In this document: piece by piece, positions 7,627 through 15,693 of the stretch
How positions within the stretch are numbered: position 1 is the first letter of the stretch
Layout: each line of letters opens with the position of its first letter
Origin: a virus
Lineage: Duplodnaviria; Caudoviricetes
IMG/VR virus record: IMGVR_UViG_3300032116_001031
Location: 1-28,450 of that record
DNA length: 28,450 nucleotides
Direction: 5' to 3' (one strand)
Program-made: the position numbers and the translations under genes
Notes under the pieces: model-generated
Database searches by the model: none
What the model was told of the DNA's origin: nothing
The model's input: the letters and a program-made list of their open reading frames with translations, nothing else

Positions 7627-7973
7627 TCTGCCTCCTTTGCGCCTTCAAGCGCCGCGTCCACTGCGTCCTGGGCGTAGTGCTCGGCAATCTCTCGCCAGTC
7701 CACGCGCCCGAGCGCCGTCCCAACGATGTCACCGAGGAGTCCTTTGTGCTCTCCCAAGTCCTCCGTGATGCGCTCCTCCAGCCAGTCTGCGAGTTTGCCC
7801 GTGACCTCGTGTAGCAGGTCATCGTCGGCTGGCATCAACTCCTCGGCAATCTCGTCTGCCTGTTCCGATACCCCGAGGCTGCCGCCCGCATAGCCGTCGT
7901 TGTCAATCCAAAGACTGACCAGCCAGGTTTCTTTGTTCGTCCATCCGTTGTAGGTCGTGTCCTGTTCCGTCAT
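7623..7973 (-). CDS. Acidic hypothetical phage protein
   Basis: YNGWTNKETWLVSLWIDND and VDWREIA motifs. Strong GAGGA RBS. Confidence 0.7.
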   Translation of the reverse strand: MTEQDTTYNGWTNKETWLVSLWIDNDGYAGGSLGVSEQADEIAEELMPADDDLLHEVTGKLADWLEERITEDLGEHKGLLGDIVGTALGRVDWREIAEHYAQDAVDAALEGAKEAE

Positions 7974-7992
7974 CTTGTCCTCCTCTCTCTGC

Positions 7993-8076
7993 TTACGCCA
8001 TCGAGCCCAGTGCTAGGAATAGCACCATCGCGATTGCCCAAACTGCTACTGCTAGTGCCTCTGCGAGCGTTGTCAC
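7993..8076 (-). CDS. 27-aa single-pass membrane peptide missed by the ORF track
   Basis: GTG overlaps the upstream TGA, with a GGAGG RBS. Sequence MTTLAEALAVAVWAIAMVLFLALGSMA. Confidence 0.6.
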   Translation of the reverse strand: MTTLAEALAVAVWAIAMVLFLALGSMA

Positions 8077-8258
8077 TTTGCGCCTCCCTTCTTTGCCTTC
8101 TTGCTCTTTGTAGGCCCACCTGCCCCGGTCATAAACTCCTGCGCAATGCGGCGCTCCAGCGCCGCTGCGATTCTCTGCCCCAGGTCGCTGTCCTCGGACA
8201 GAATCTGGAGATGCGGAATGTTCGTGTCCAAGAGTGCGAACTTCTTTGGCTTGCTCAC
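8073..8258 (-). CDS. Small basic hypothetical protein
   Basis: GTG start at 8258 (MSKPKKF) after GGAGGAGG. GTGA overlap. Confidence 0.65.
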   Translation of the reverse strand: MSKPKKFALLDTNIPHLQILSEDSDLGQRIAAALERRIAQEFMTGAGGPTKSKKAKKGGAK

Positions 8259-8491
8259 TTTGCCTCCTCCTTCACTTGCTGGTACGAATAGATGACCGTG
8301 TTCACTCGCTCCTTCTCGCAAAGGATGCAAAGTGGCGTGTCGGGCAACTTCGTGAAGTGCTTAGGGTTTGCGCCGTGCTTGAATGCCTTGTCCATATGGT
8401 CAAAGCACACCACGCGCCCGTCCCTGTATTGCCAGCGTGGCTCCTGCCATCGAACGGGCGCGCCATCCGCGTGACCCTTCGCGCCGCTCAT
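8255..8491 (-). CDS. Small zinc-binding hypothetical protein
   Basis: CFDH...CILC. TAATG coupling. Confidence 0.6.
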   Translation of the reverse strand: MSGAKGHADGAPVRWQEPRWQYRDGRVVCFDHMDKAFKHGANPKHFTKLPDTPLCILCEKERVNTVIYSYQQVKEEAK

Positions 8492-8736
8492 TATCGCGCC
8501 GCCTTGCGTGTGCAGGACTTAACTGTTGCCCAGGAGAGCGCGTGCTTTTCATCTCGTGGAGCGTCACCGTTGTCGCTGTATCCGCCGTAAACATTTGCGA
8601 TTGCCTGCGCTGCTTCGCTAACGCTTTGCGCGTCTGCGATGACGGTGCGCTTTGCGAGGTCTGCGCATTCCGATGCGTGAACTGCGAACATCTTGCCGTC
8701 TGTCGTGTGTTCGCTCGTGACCTTGAACTTGCTCAT
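8491..8736 (-). CDS. First early-region hypothetical protein
   Basis: AGAGGAG RBS. Lies directly downstream of a predicted strong promoter. HASEC...SC motifs. Confidence 0.65.
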   Translation of the reverse strand: MSKFKVTSEHTTDGKMFAVHASECADLAKRTVIADAQSVSEAAQAIANVYGGYSDNGDAPRDEKHALSWATVKSCTRKAAR

Positions 8737-8791
8737 CTGTTTCTCCTCTTAGCAGCCCCACCGTCTGGTGGAGTTCCTCCTGCTGAAACGC

Positions 8792-8821
8792 ATTCTATCC
8801 GTTTCTTGGGGTTGCTGTCTA
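8792..8821 (-). promoter_or_regulatory. Sigma70/SigA-type early promoter
   Basis: TAGACA (8816-8821), 18-bp spacer, TAGAAT (8792-8797). Confidence 0.7.
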
Positions 8822-8850
8822 CACCCTATTTTGAGCACGAAACAGGGGTG

Positions 8851-8882
8851 CCCCCAGCCTGGGAGGAGGTCCAGGCTGGGGG
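8851..8882. terminator. 12-bp hairpin separating the late/metallophosphoesterase block from the early genes
   Basis: CCCCCAGCCTGG - 8 nt loop - CCAGGCTGGGGG. Confidence 0.7.
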
Positions 8883-8894
8883 GTTGCAGCACCG

Positions 8895-9098
8895 CTAGGG
8901 TGCTGCTGCGTCATCCTCCTCGGAGGCTGCCATCAGGAACTTCAGGCAGCGTGTGCAAACACTATTGGACGCAACGAGAGTGCGCCGTGGATTGACCACC
9001 ACGGGCTCCTCGTTGAATCGCCAGACGCGGTTCAGTCCACCGCACACCGAGCAGTATCCGAACAGCGACTGGTCCGGGGTGTCTAGGTCGTGAGGCAA
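8895..9098 (-). CDS. Small zinc-ribbon protein
   Basis: CSVC...CTRC. Confidence 0.6.
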   Translation of the reverse strand: MPHDLDTPDQSLFGYCSVCGGLNRVWRFNEEPVVVNPRRTLVASNSVCTRCLKFLMAASEEDDAAAP

Positions 9099-10264
9099 GG
9101 CAGCACGCGGAGGTCATCCCATCCGAATGGGCCCACCGTGAGTGTCAGGAGCCCCGCAGGTGCGACTACGCCAGCCTGCTCGGTGAACCACTGACTGCCG
9201 CCATCGAGCGCTGGCGCTTGGAAGTGCGTGCGACTCCCTGACTGCTTTACCACCAGATGGTGGTAGTGCCCCGTCAGGAGGATGTCCGCATCACCAATCG
9301 GCTGGAGCCCGAATGCCTGCTTGCCCCACCACGATTCTGCGGAGCCCCTCACCTGATGCCCGTGTGCGAGTCCAACGATGGTTCCGTTCACATCCAGCGT
9401 CAGCGTCAGTTCATTCTTTGGGAATACAAAACTGATGTGGTCATAGTCCGGGTTGGCGCGAATAATCTCAGCCACCTGTTCCATCACCGCAACATCGTCG
9501 TTGTCACCAAAGGTCGTGTACGCCTTGCCGCTCTGCCTATTCTCCCCGTGGTTGCCTGGTACTGCTGCGACAATAATGCGAGGCGCGAATGTTGCCCAGC
9601 GCGTGAGCGCCTTCACCAGAATGCGGCGCAGCACTGTGGTCTGCTCTCTCCTGTCCAAGTCAGCCTGGAATGCTTGCATCGCATAGTGCCCCGAGCAGGA
9701 CTCAAACAAGTCACCGAGCCCTACGACAACCATCTTGTCAAGTGGGCGTCCCAACTTGCGCAACTCGTGCCAGCGCTGTTCCACCTCGTTAATGCCTGAC
9801 AAGAATCGGGTGACGATACCAGCGGAGCCTCCGCCCTCACCCTTGCCCATCTGGAAGTCGGAGAGCGCGACAATCATTGCCATCTCGCCGTCCAGCGTCG
9901 CAACCTTCTTTGGCTTGTGACGCTTAATCTCCTCCATCAGCGCGGCGAAGTCAGCGCCCAAAGGTGCACGCTTCTGCACCACCTTGCCCTTCCACTGCCG
10001 ATTCAGGATGCCGCCAGGGTCACCCCACACATTAAACAGGACGGGCTCCACGACTGCAAACTGCGCCGGGTCAAGTCCCCAGACTTTCAGGATGGCATCC
10101 CAGTCTGGTGCGTTGTCGGCTGGCATCGCCGTGGAGGTGATAGTGCCCTGCTTGCCGTCCCACGACACGCCAGGCTCCCAGCCCTCGGGGTGCTCTCGTT
10201 TGGGCCTCTTAGCGCTTTCAATCTCTTGCTGTACTGCGAGAATCTCGCGCAACTCTTTGTTCAT
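9083..10264 (-). CDS. Calcineurin-like metallophosphoesterase (Mre11/SbcD-like fold)
   Basis: SDFQ, GDLFE, PGNHGE, AHGH and GHYH motifs. ATG at 10264 overlaps the upstream TGA. Confidence 0.85.
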   Translation of the reverse strand: MNKELREILAVQQEIESAKRPKREHPEGWEPGVSWDGKQGTITSTAMPADNAPDWDAILKVWGLDPAQFAVVEPVLFNVWGDPGGILNRQWKGKVVQKRAPLGADFAALMEEIKRHKPKKVATLDGEMAMIVALSDFQMGKGEGGGSAGIVTRFLSGINEVEQRWHELRKLGRPLDKMVVVGLGDLFESCSGHYAMQAFQADLDRREQTTVLRRILVKALTRWATFAPRIIVAAVPGNHGENRQSGKAYTTFGDNDDVAVMEQVAEIIRANPDYDHISFVFPKNELTLTLDVNGTIVGLAHGHQVRGSAESWWGKQAFGLQPIGDADILLTGHYHHLVVKQSGSRTHFQAPALDGGSQWFTEQAGVVAPAGLLTLTVGPFGWDDLRVLPCLTT

Positions 10265-10467
10265 CGTGAGCACCCGCAGTCACCGCGTCGGTGTCGGTTC
10301 ACATTGAACTGGCGCCAATCGATGCCCTTGCCCGAGAGCCAAACCTCAACCGCCTTGCCCGTGATGTCCCTGCGCTCCAGCGCAGCGTCCAGCGCAGACT
10401 TATCCGAGGCGCTCAGCCCCAGGAGTTGATACTTGCAAGGTGGACCCTTGCGCACCTTTGTGTCCAT
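10261..10467 (-). CDS. Small hypothetical protein (HRRGDCGC end), coupled to the phosphoesterase
   Basis: AGAGGAG RBS. ATGA overlap. Confidence 0.65.
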   Translation of the reverse strand: MDTKVRKGPPCKYQLLGLSASDKSALDAALERRDITGKAVEVWLSGKGIDWRQFNVNRHRRGDCGCSR

Positions 10468-10508
10468 CTCTCCTCCTCTGCGCGGGCTGACTACTGCCCG
10501 CTCACCTC

Positions 10509-10537
10509 ATCGTCAGGGATGGCTCCGCGCCTGTCAA
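10509..10537 (-). promoter_or_regulatory. Predicted promoter for the phosphoesterase operon
   Basis: Perfect TTGACA (10532-10537), 17-bp spacer, GACGAT (10509-10514). Confidence 0.5.
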
Positions 10538-10863
10538 GCCCCTAGTTTGTTCCGATACACGGCAGCCTCAACCGCGTTGCCGATTGCCTCCTCATCCAGG
10601 CGGATGCCACGCTTGGCGCACTCAGCGCGCACGAGCGCAATAGCGGCTGCCTTCTTGTCCTCTCCTGCCTTGCTCTTGAGCGTCTGCTCCACCGAGGCAA
10701 CCGTGGCTGCGGCAATGCGCTCCAGCATCGCGTAGTGCTCCGCCGCCATCCGTGCCTTCAGGTATCCGATGACCGCATTGGCAAGCCAGCCCAGGGCTCC
10801 GATGACCACTGGCACGAGCGCCACGATGAGTGCGTTGATGAGGTCGCTGACGAATGGGTCCAC
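10534..10863 (-). CDS. Holin, LL-H family-like
   Basis: One N-terminal TM helix, then IAAATVASVEQ...GEDKKAAA...AVEAAV. Confidence 0.8.
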   Translation of the reverse strand: MDPFVSDLINALIVALVPVVIGALGWLANAVIGYLKARMAAEHYAMLERIAAATVASVEQTLKSKAGEDKKAAAIALVRAECAKRGIRLDEEAIGNAVEAAVYRNKLGA

Positions 10864-10865
10864 TG

Positions 10866-11438
10866 CTATGCCTCCTTGCGGCTGACAACTATCATTGCGG
10901 GTGGCGTGGAGAATCCAGCCTGCCCCTTTGAGTCACGGAGCGTCCTGACCTGCTCCGGGGTTGCGGAGCGCCCAGGCTTGCCCTCCTGCATTGTAGGACA
11001 TGCATACTGCCAGCCTGTGCCGTCGTGCGCCAATACAACCCAATGCCCGTATGACGCCAGCGGCTGCTTGCGCCAATAGTCGCGTTGCCACTTGGAGCGC
11101 AGCGGCTCATCGACTGAGCGCTGACTTGCCTGGATGTTGAGGATGAGCGCCGCGCCGCCCTTGACCTCGTTGCTGGCTTGGCTCCAGTCATACACGATGC
11201 GTGCCTTCAGCCCGAGAATCTTGGCGGCATCTCGGACTTGGGCCGCGCTCGTGCCCTCTGCTCCGGTCGCTGTGTCGCGCCTACCTGCCTGCTCACACGC
11301 CTTGTGCGCCTGTTTCGTGGATGTATTCACGCCCAGATAGGTGGCAGCCGTGGCAACGCTTGCTGGTCCGCAGTCATCCATCGCCTTGACTCCGAGGCGC
11401 TCCGCCAGCCCTAACTGAGAGCGCACGACAAGGCTCAC
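10866..11438 (-). CDS. C39-like cysteine peptidase, putative endolysin
   Basis: SQ...DDCGPASVA and GHWVVL. Located between two holin-like genes. GTG start at 11438. Confidence 0.75.
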   Translation of the reverse strand: MSLVVRSQLGLAERLGVKAMDDCGPASVATAATYLGVNTSTKQAHKACEQAGRRDTATGAEGTSAAQVRDAAKILGLKARIVYDWSQASNEVKGGAALILNIQASQRSVDEPLRSKWQRDYWRKQPLASYGHWVVLAHDGTGWQYACPTMQEGKPGRSATPEQVRTLRDSKGQAGFSTPPAMIVVSRKEA

Positions 11439-11620
11439 TTGCCCTGCCCCTGCATCCACGCCAAGAGCCCACCGAGCCCGCTCACGCCCAGGAGCGCAAT
11501 CACGAACTTTGCCAGCCGATACGCGCCACGGGACTCCGCCAACTCAACCTTAATGTCGGCAAGGTCACGCTCAATGCGGTCCAGGCGCTTGAGAATCTCC
11601 GTGCTTTGGCTTGCGGTCAT
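11435..11620 (-). CDS. Coiled-coil plus C-terminal TM protein (XhlA/holin-like)
   Basis: RLDRIERDLADIK followed by FVIALLGVSGLGGLLAW. Confidence 0.65.
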   Translation of the reverse strand: MTASQSTEILKRLDRIERDLADIKVELAESRGAYRLAKFVIALLGVSGLGGLLAWMQGQGK

Positions 11621-11928
11621 TATGCTTCAGGCTCCGGCTCAGGCAGCGGCTCTGGCTGCGGTTCGCCAAGCATAGCAACTGGCTCCTCAATCACCTCGCT
11701 CGTGCTGTCAATAATCTCAGGCTGAGGTGGTGGATTGAACTCGCCGTCAGCGTAGGTGCCGCCAATCCAGACTGGGGTGTCTGCATACACCTCAATGATG
11801 GCCACCGCGCCGAACAACGCAGCATAGTCGCGCAGAAACTGCGCTTGCGCGGCTGCATCCAGCGTGCCAATAATGACTTGCACCACGATGCCGTCAGAGT
11901 TGATAAATGCGTATCGTTTATGCGACAT
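11620..11928 (-). CDS. Tail fibre-associated small protein (chaperone-like)
   Basis: YAFINSDGIVVQVII...WIGGTYADGEFNPP, directly after the fibre gene. Confidence 0.6.
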   Translation of the reverse strand: MSHKRYAFINSDGIVVQVIIGTLDAAAQAQFLRDYAALFGAVAIIEVYADTPVWIGGTYADGEFNPPPQPEIIDSTSEVIEEPVAMLGEPQPEPLPEPEPEA

Positions 11929-13612
11929 ACATCACCGTAATGAATCCGTCGGAGCCGTTGCCAGCAGTTCCTGTGATTGTGAATCTTGATTCAGTTCTAT
12001 TCACTCGGACACCGCCGCCACCACCACCGCCGCCTCCGCCGCCAAATCGTCCATCACCGCCGCTCCCAGCCGTCCACGTTCCTGCGGTGACAGTGCCGCT
12101 TGTTCTTACCCACTGCGCCCTGCCGCCACCTCCGCCGCCAGCAGTTGCAGTTCCAGTGTTTAGGGCGTAGATGCTGATGTCGTTGATGTTAGTGTCTATA
12201 CCATCACCAGCCGCGCCTCCGCCGGAATAACTTGAACCCCCACCAGCCTTCACGCCAGTTGTCCCAGCCGTGAATGACACGCTCCCAGCACCACTAAACG
12301 TAAATGAATAGGATGGCGTCCCACCACTAAGCCCACCAGTTGATGGGAGCGTATAACTCAGACCATTTGCAGAAAAGGCCATCGCGGCGCTCGTACCAGC
12401 AGATGCGGAACCAGATAATCGTGCTGGCGCGCCACCACCAGGAGCAAGTTGCTGTAGACCGAAAACGGTGCTGGTCGCTGCTGCCCCAGCACTTCCACCG
12501 CCGCCAGTCACGGTACCGGATAGGATAGTCCCCCCGCCTCCACCGCCAGGAATGTTTAGATAGGAGCCAAATGTGGTTGCGCCGCCATTAGCACCGGCAA
12601 TGGGGTTGATGGTTATTGAAGTTCCAACATAGTTGAAACTAGTTCCTCCCCCAGCGCCACCTGCACCAATCCCAACAGAAACGCTACCAACATCTGCAAC
12701 ATACAAATCCTTGATGATTGCCCACGCGCCTCCGCCGCCGCCGGAACCGCCAACCCCAGCACCATCCACTGTTGAAATGACCATTCTGCCACTTGCTCCG
12801 CCGCCTCCAGCACCGTATCCAGCGACAGCAACCAGATAATCAACTCCGGTTGGGCGCGTCCAAGTGCCGCTGCTTGTGAATGTTTCCGCGATGAGCAGTC
12901 CGCCACCGCCACCAGCGGCTGCGCTTGAGGTTTGCAGCAGAAGACTGTTGATGTGAACTTTGACAGTGCTAGTCACGGCTGCCGTCGTAGTCAGCGCAAA
13001 GGTCAAGTCGACATACTGAGCCGATGCGTCAACGATGGCCGTTCCAGCGGTGGTGAACCCGCTGAGTGAGGTCCAGGTCGCATTATCAGCCGCCGTGCCG
13101 ATGGTGTATGAACTCAGGCTGTTTCCAGCAGCGTCAAAGTATTCAGCGCCGAGCGTCATTGCCCACTGAGTCGTGCCCGAGTATGAGTTGACCTTCTCAA
13201 GACTTGCCAGGGCTTTTTGTCGCAGGTCAAAGTTTGAGTCGTTGAGCAGGTAGGAGCGAGTCTTGATGGTGATTGAATCGCTGGCTGACCCTGCGGTCGG
13301 GTCAATCTCAAGCGCCCAGGTCTGGGTCGTTTCGTCAAAGACAGTGGTTGGCACGATGCGCCCTTCGCTCAAGTCCTCAACGCTCCAGTAAGGCAGCGCA
13401 TTGGCGTTGTCTACGATTGGAGCGGATGGGTCAGGCGGCAGGATGTTGAAGGATGGATTGGGCAGGAAGTAGAGCGCCTGCGAGCGCGCCGCAATGCCGA
13501 GCGGCGAAGCACCGAAGTCGGTGTCTGCCGTGACGATTGGATTGCCGTTATCGTCAAAGACTCCGCCTGAGTTATTTGCTACGAAGTCGCCATCTGAACC
13601 GATGCGAGGCAC
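11918..13612 (-). CDS. Tail fibre / receptor-binding protein with glycine-rich C-terminal domain
   Basis: Beta-sandwich-like N-half, then FTSSGTWTRPTGV...GAGGGGASG...GNGSDGFITV. Confidence 0.8.
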   Translation of the reverse strand: MPRIGSDGDFVANNSGGVFDDNGNPIVTADTDFGASPLGIAARSQALYFLPNPSFNILPPDPSAPIVDNANALPYWSVEDLSEGRIVPTTVFDETTQTWALEIDPTAGSASDSITIKTRSYLLNDSNFDLRQKALASLEKVNSYSGTTQWAMTLGAEYFDAAGNSLSSYTIGTAADNATWTSLSGFTTAGTAIVDASAQYVDLTFALTTTAAVTSTVKVHINSLLLQTSSAAAGGGGGLLIAETFTSSGTWTRPTGVDYLVAVAGYGAGGGGASGRMVISTVDGAGVGGSGGGGGAWAIIKDLYVADVGSVSVGIGAGGAGGGTSFNYVGTSITINPIAGANGGATTFGSYLNIPGGGGGGTILSGTVTGGGGSAGAAATSTVFGLQQLAPGGGAPARLSGSASAGTSAAMAFSANGLSYTLPSTGGLSGGTPSYSFTFSGAGSVSFTAGTTGVKAGGGSSYSGGGAAGDGIDTNINDISIYALNTGTATAGGGGGGRAQWVRTSGTVTAGTWTAGSGGDGRFGGGGGGGGGGGVRVNRTESRFTITGTAGNGSDGFITVMYVA

Positions 13613-15693
13613 TACTTTCCACCCCCCTTGATGATGTTGCCGAGGTCATTTGGACTGCGCCGATTGAATGTGATTGTAATAATCTGCGTGAAACTGCCAG
13701 GCTCCAGCGTCCAGTCTACCTGCTCGATGCGATACAAGCCAGACAGCCCGAGTTCAGCGCTCACGATGCTGACCCATTGCCCAGGCTCCCACCGCTTCTG
13801 GAGCGCATAGGTGCTTGCGCCGGTCTGATAATAGCCAGCCGAGAAGCCGAGATTGTTATGGGCCGCCGTTCCTGCTCCGCGCAGCACGAATGTCCCTGTG
13901 AGGAGTGGCTTGTGACGCTCAAGGAAGTACGACTTCGCCGCACGCACAACCTGCGCTGACGGACTCGCGGCAGCCGTCGGATAGTCCACGGCATCGTCAA
14001 AGATTGGCGCGTTCTTGCGCTCGGTATACCCAACGCCGGTGTAGTTCAGCACCTTCGTGACGCTCTGTCCGCTCTGCGCGCTGACTTGAAATAGTGCTTG
14101 CTTGGTGGTCTGATGGTCATAACTCAGGCTGAGGCTGTATGGGTAGATGGTGGCCGCACCTGTGGTGGTGTCTGGCGTTGCCGTTCCAGTCGTGATGATT
14201 TTGTATGGAGCCGTCGCGTAGGTTGGCTGCGCTGTCGCATCAACAAGGCCGTAGTTCAGCCTGCGCGATAGGTCAATGAAGTAGCGGCGCTGCTTCGTAT
14301 CCTGACCACCATAGACTTCAACAATCGAGTCAAGCACTGAGCGCAGCGTTCCAACTGGGATTGCGATGCCAGCATCATTTGCAGCATCTACCGCCGAGAC
14401 AATCTTTGTCGTTGTTCCAGTTGCAAGCAGCCGTTGAACAGCTGGCACCTTGGTCTTGTATGAGTTTACAATGCGCAGCACCTTTCGCACGGCATCTCCC
14501 TCGTCCTCTCCACCTGTAATCGGGATGACTGTCTGCGATTGCGTTCCTCCAACTGGAGTGATGGTGGCCACGCCGCGAATCTCTCCTCCGCTGAATGTCT
14601 GAACGTTGTCCAGCGCGCTGCTCAACTTGACTTGAAGAACGGTGTTGCTCACCTTTGTCACGCTTGAACCTGTGAATACCGTGTTGATTTGATTCTCTGC
14701 CTTCGCGCTCGTTGCGCTCACGCCACGAATCTCAACGGTGTCACCGCTGCTCAATCCGTGCGACGCGCCGCTCGTGATTTGGATTTGCACCAACTGCTTG
14801 CTCTTTGACTTGAGCGCAATCGAGGTGATAGTGCGCCAGTTATCTCCCTCTGCGTTGCTGCCTGAGTTGGCGTAGGTGAACTGGTCATCCGCAGGCGTGC
14901 CGTTGATGGTGAAGGTTCCATTGAACGAGGTTCCCGCGCCACCAATGACACCAGCAATCTTGACCTGCTGCCCGATAGCATAGCCGTGGTCGGTGCTCGT
15001 CGTGACTGTAGTCGTGTTGCTCACGCGGTCAAAGCCACCTTCTCCCTCTGGCGAGCGTGATTGCACTGGCTGACCAAAGACGACCAACTTGTCAAGGATG
15101 GTGTTGACATCCTCAAGGCTGACATCAGCAATCGTGCCTTGCCCTGAGCCGTTAAGTTGCGCCGAGATGTCCGCAATAATGCCGATGAAGTACAGGTCGG
15201 CATCGGTCGGGGTTGTTCCAGTGTCTACTTTGTAAAGCCTGACGCGAGCCTGGTCTGGGATGAGGCTGAACCACGGGCCATCACTTGGCGTGTCGTCCTG
15301 ACGAATCTGCAGCGCCATCCTCGTTGCCTGACCATCTCCTGCCGCAGACAGATTGAGTGAATCCGTCTGAACATAAAGCGCAGCCTGCCTGTTTTCGCTC
15401 GTATAGTTTAGTAGAGGATTCAGCACATCTTGGCTAATGCAGGCACTTCCAATCGTTCCAGTCCCTGCGTTGCCTGCTGAGGTGTAGGTGAACGCGCTGC
15501 CACTTGTCACGGTGACGGCATAAACGCCATTCATTGAAGTGCCAGCGGAGCCAGTTGCCGCTTCCATTTGGATGTACGCGCCTGTTGTTAGTCCGTGTGG
15601 ACTAGCCGTTGTGACCGTGACCGTGCTACTCGTACGACTTGCCGAGGCGATTTGCGGCAGGTCAATCCATAGTTGGAATGGAGCCGTTGCCAT
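13612..15693 (-). CDS. Tail tip/hub protein with three FCCH-like beta-barrel repeats
   Basis: Follows the tape measure. Repeats: VTTASPHGLTTG, VTTSTDHGYAIG, ITSGASHGLSSGD. C-terminal PGQWVSI...YRIEQV hub-like end. Confidence 0.75.
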   Translation of the reverse strand: MATAPFQLWIDLPQIASASRTSSTVTVTTASPHGLTTGAYIQMEAATGSAGTSMNGVYAVTVTSGSAFTYTSAGNAGTGTIGSACISQDVLNPLLNYTSENRQAALYVQTDSLNLSAAGDGQATRMALQIRQDDTPSDGPWFSLIPDQARVRLYKVDTGTTPTDADLYFIGIIADISAQLNGSGQGTIADVSLEDVNTILDKLVVFGQPVQSRSPEGEGGFDRVSNTTTVTTSTDHGYAIGQQVKIAGVIGGAGTSFNGTFTINGTPADDQFTYANSGSNAEGDNWRTITSIALKSKSKQLVQIQITSGASHGLSSGDTVEIRGVSATSAKAENQINTVFTGSSVTKVSNTVLQVKLSSALDNVQTFSGGEIRGVATITPVGGTQSQTVIPITGGEDEGDAVRKVLRIVNSYKTKVPAVQRLLATGTTTKIVSAVDAANDAGIAIPVGTLRSVLDSIVEVYGGQDTKQRRYFIDLSRRLNYGLVDATAQPTYATAPYKIITTGTATPDTTTGAATIYPYSLSLSYDHQTTKQALFQVSAQSGQSVTKVLNYTGVGYTERKNAPIFDDAVDYPTAAASPSAQVVRAAKSYFLERHKPLLTGTFVLRGAGTAAHNNLGFSAGYYQTGASTYALQKRWEPGQWVSIVSAELGLSGLYRIEQVDWTLEPGSFTQIITITFNRRSPNDLGNIIKGGGK

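Noticed and set aside
11990-12920. CCG/CCA repeats as a repeat array or DGR variable region
   Set aside because: They are poly-Gly codons. No reverse transcriptase or template repeat is seen.
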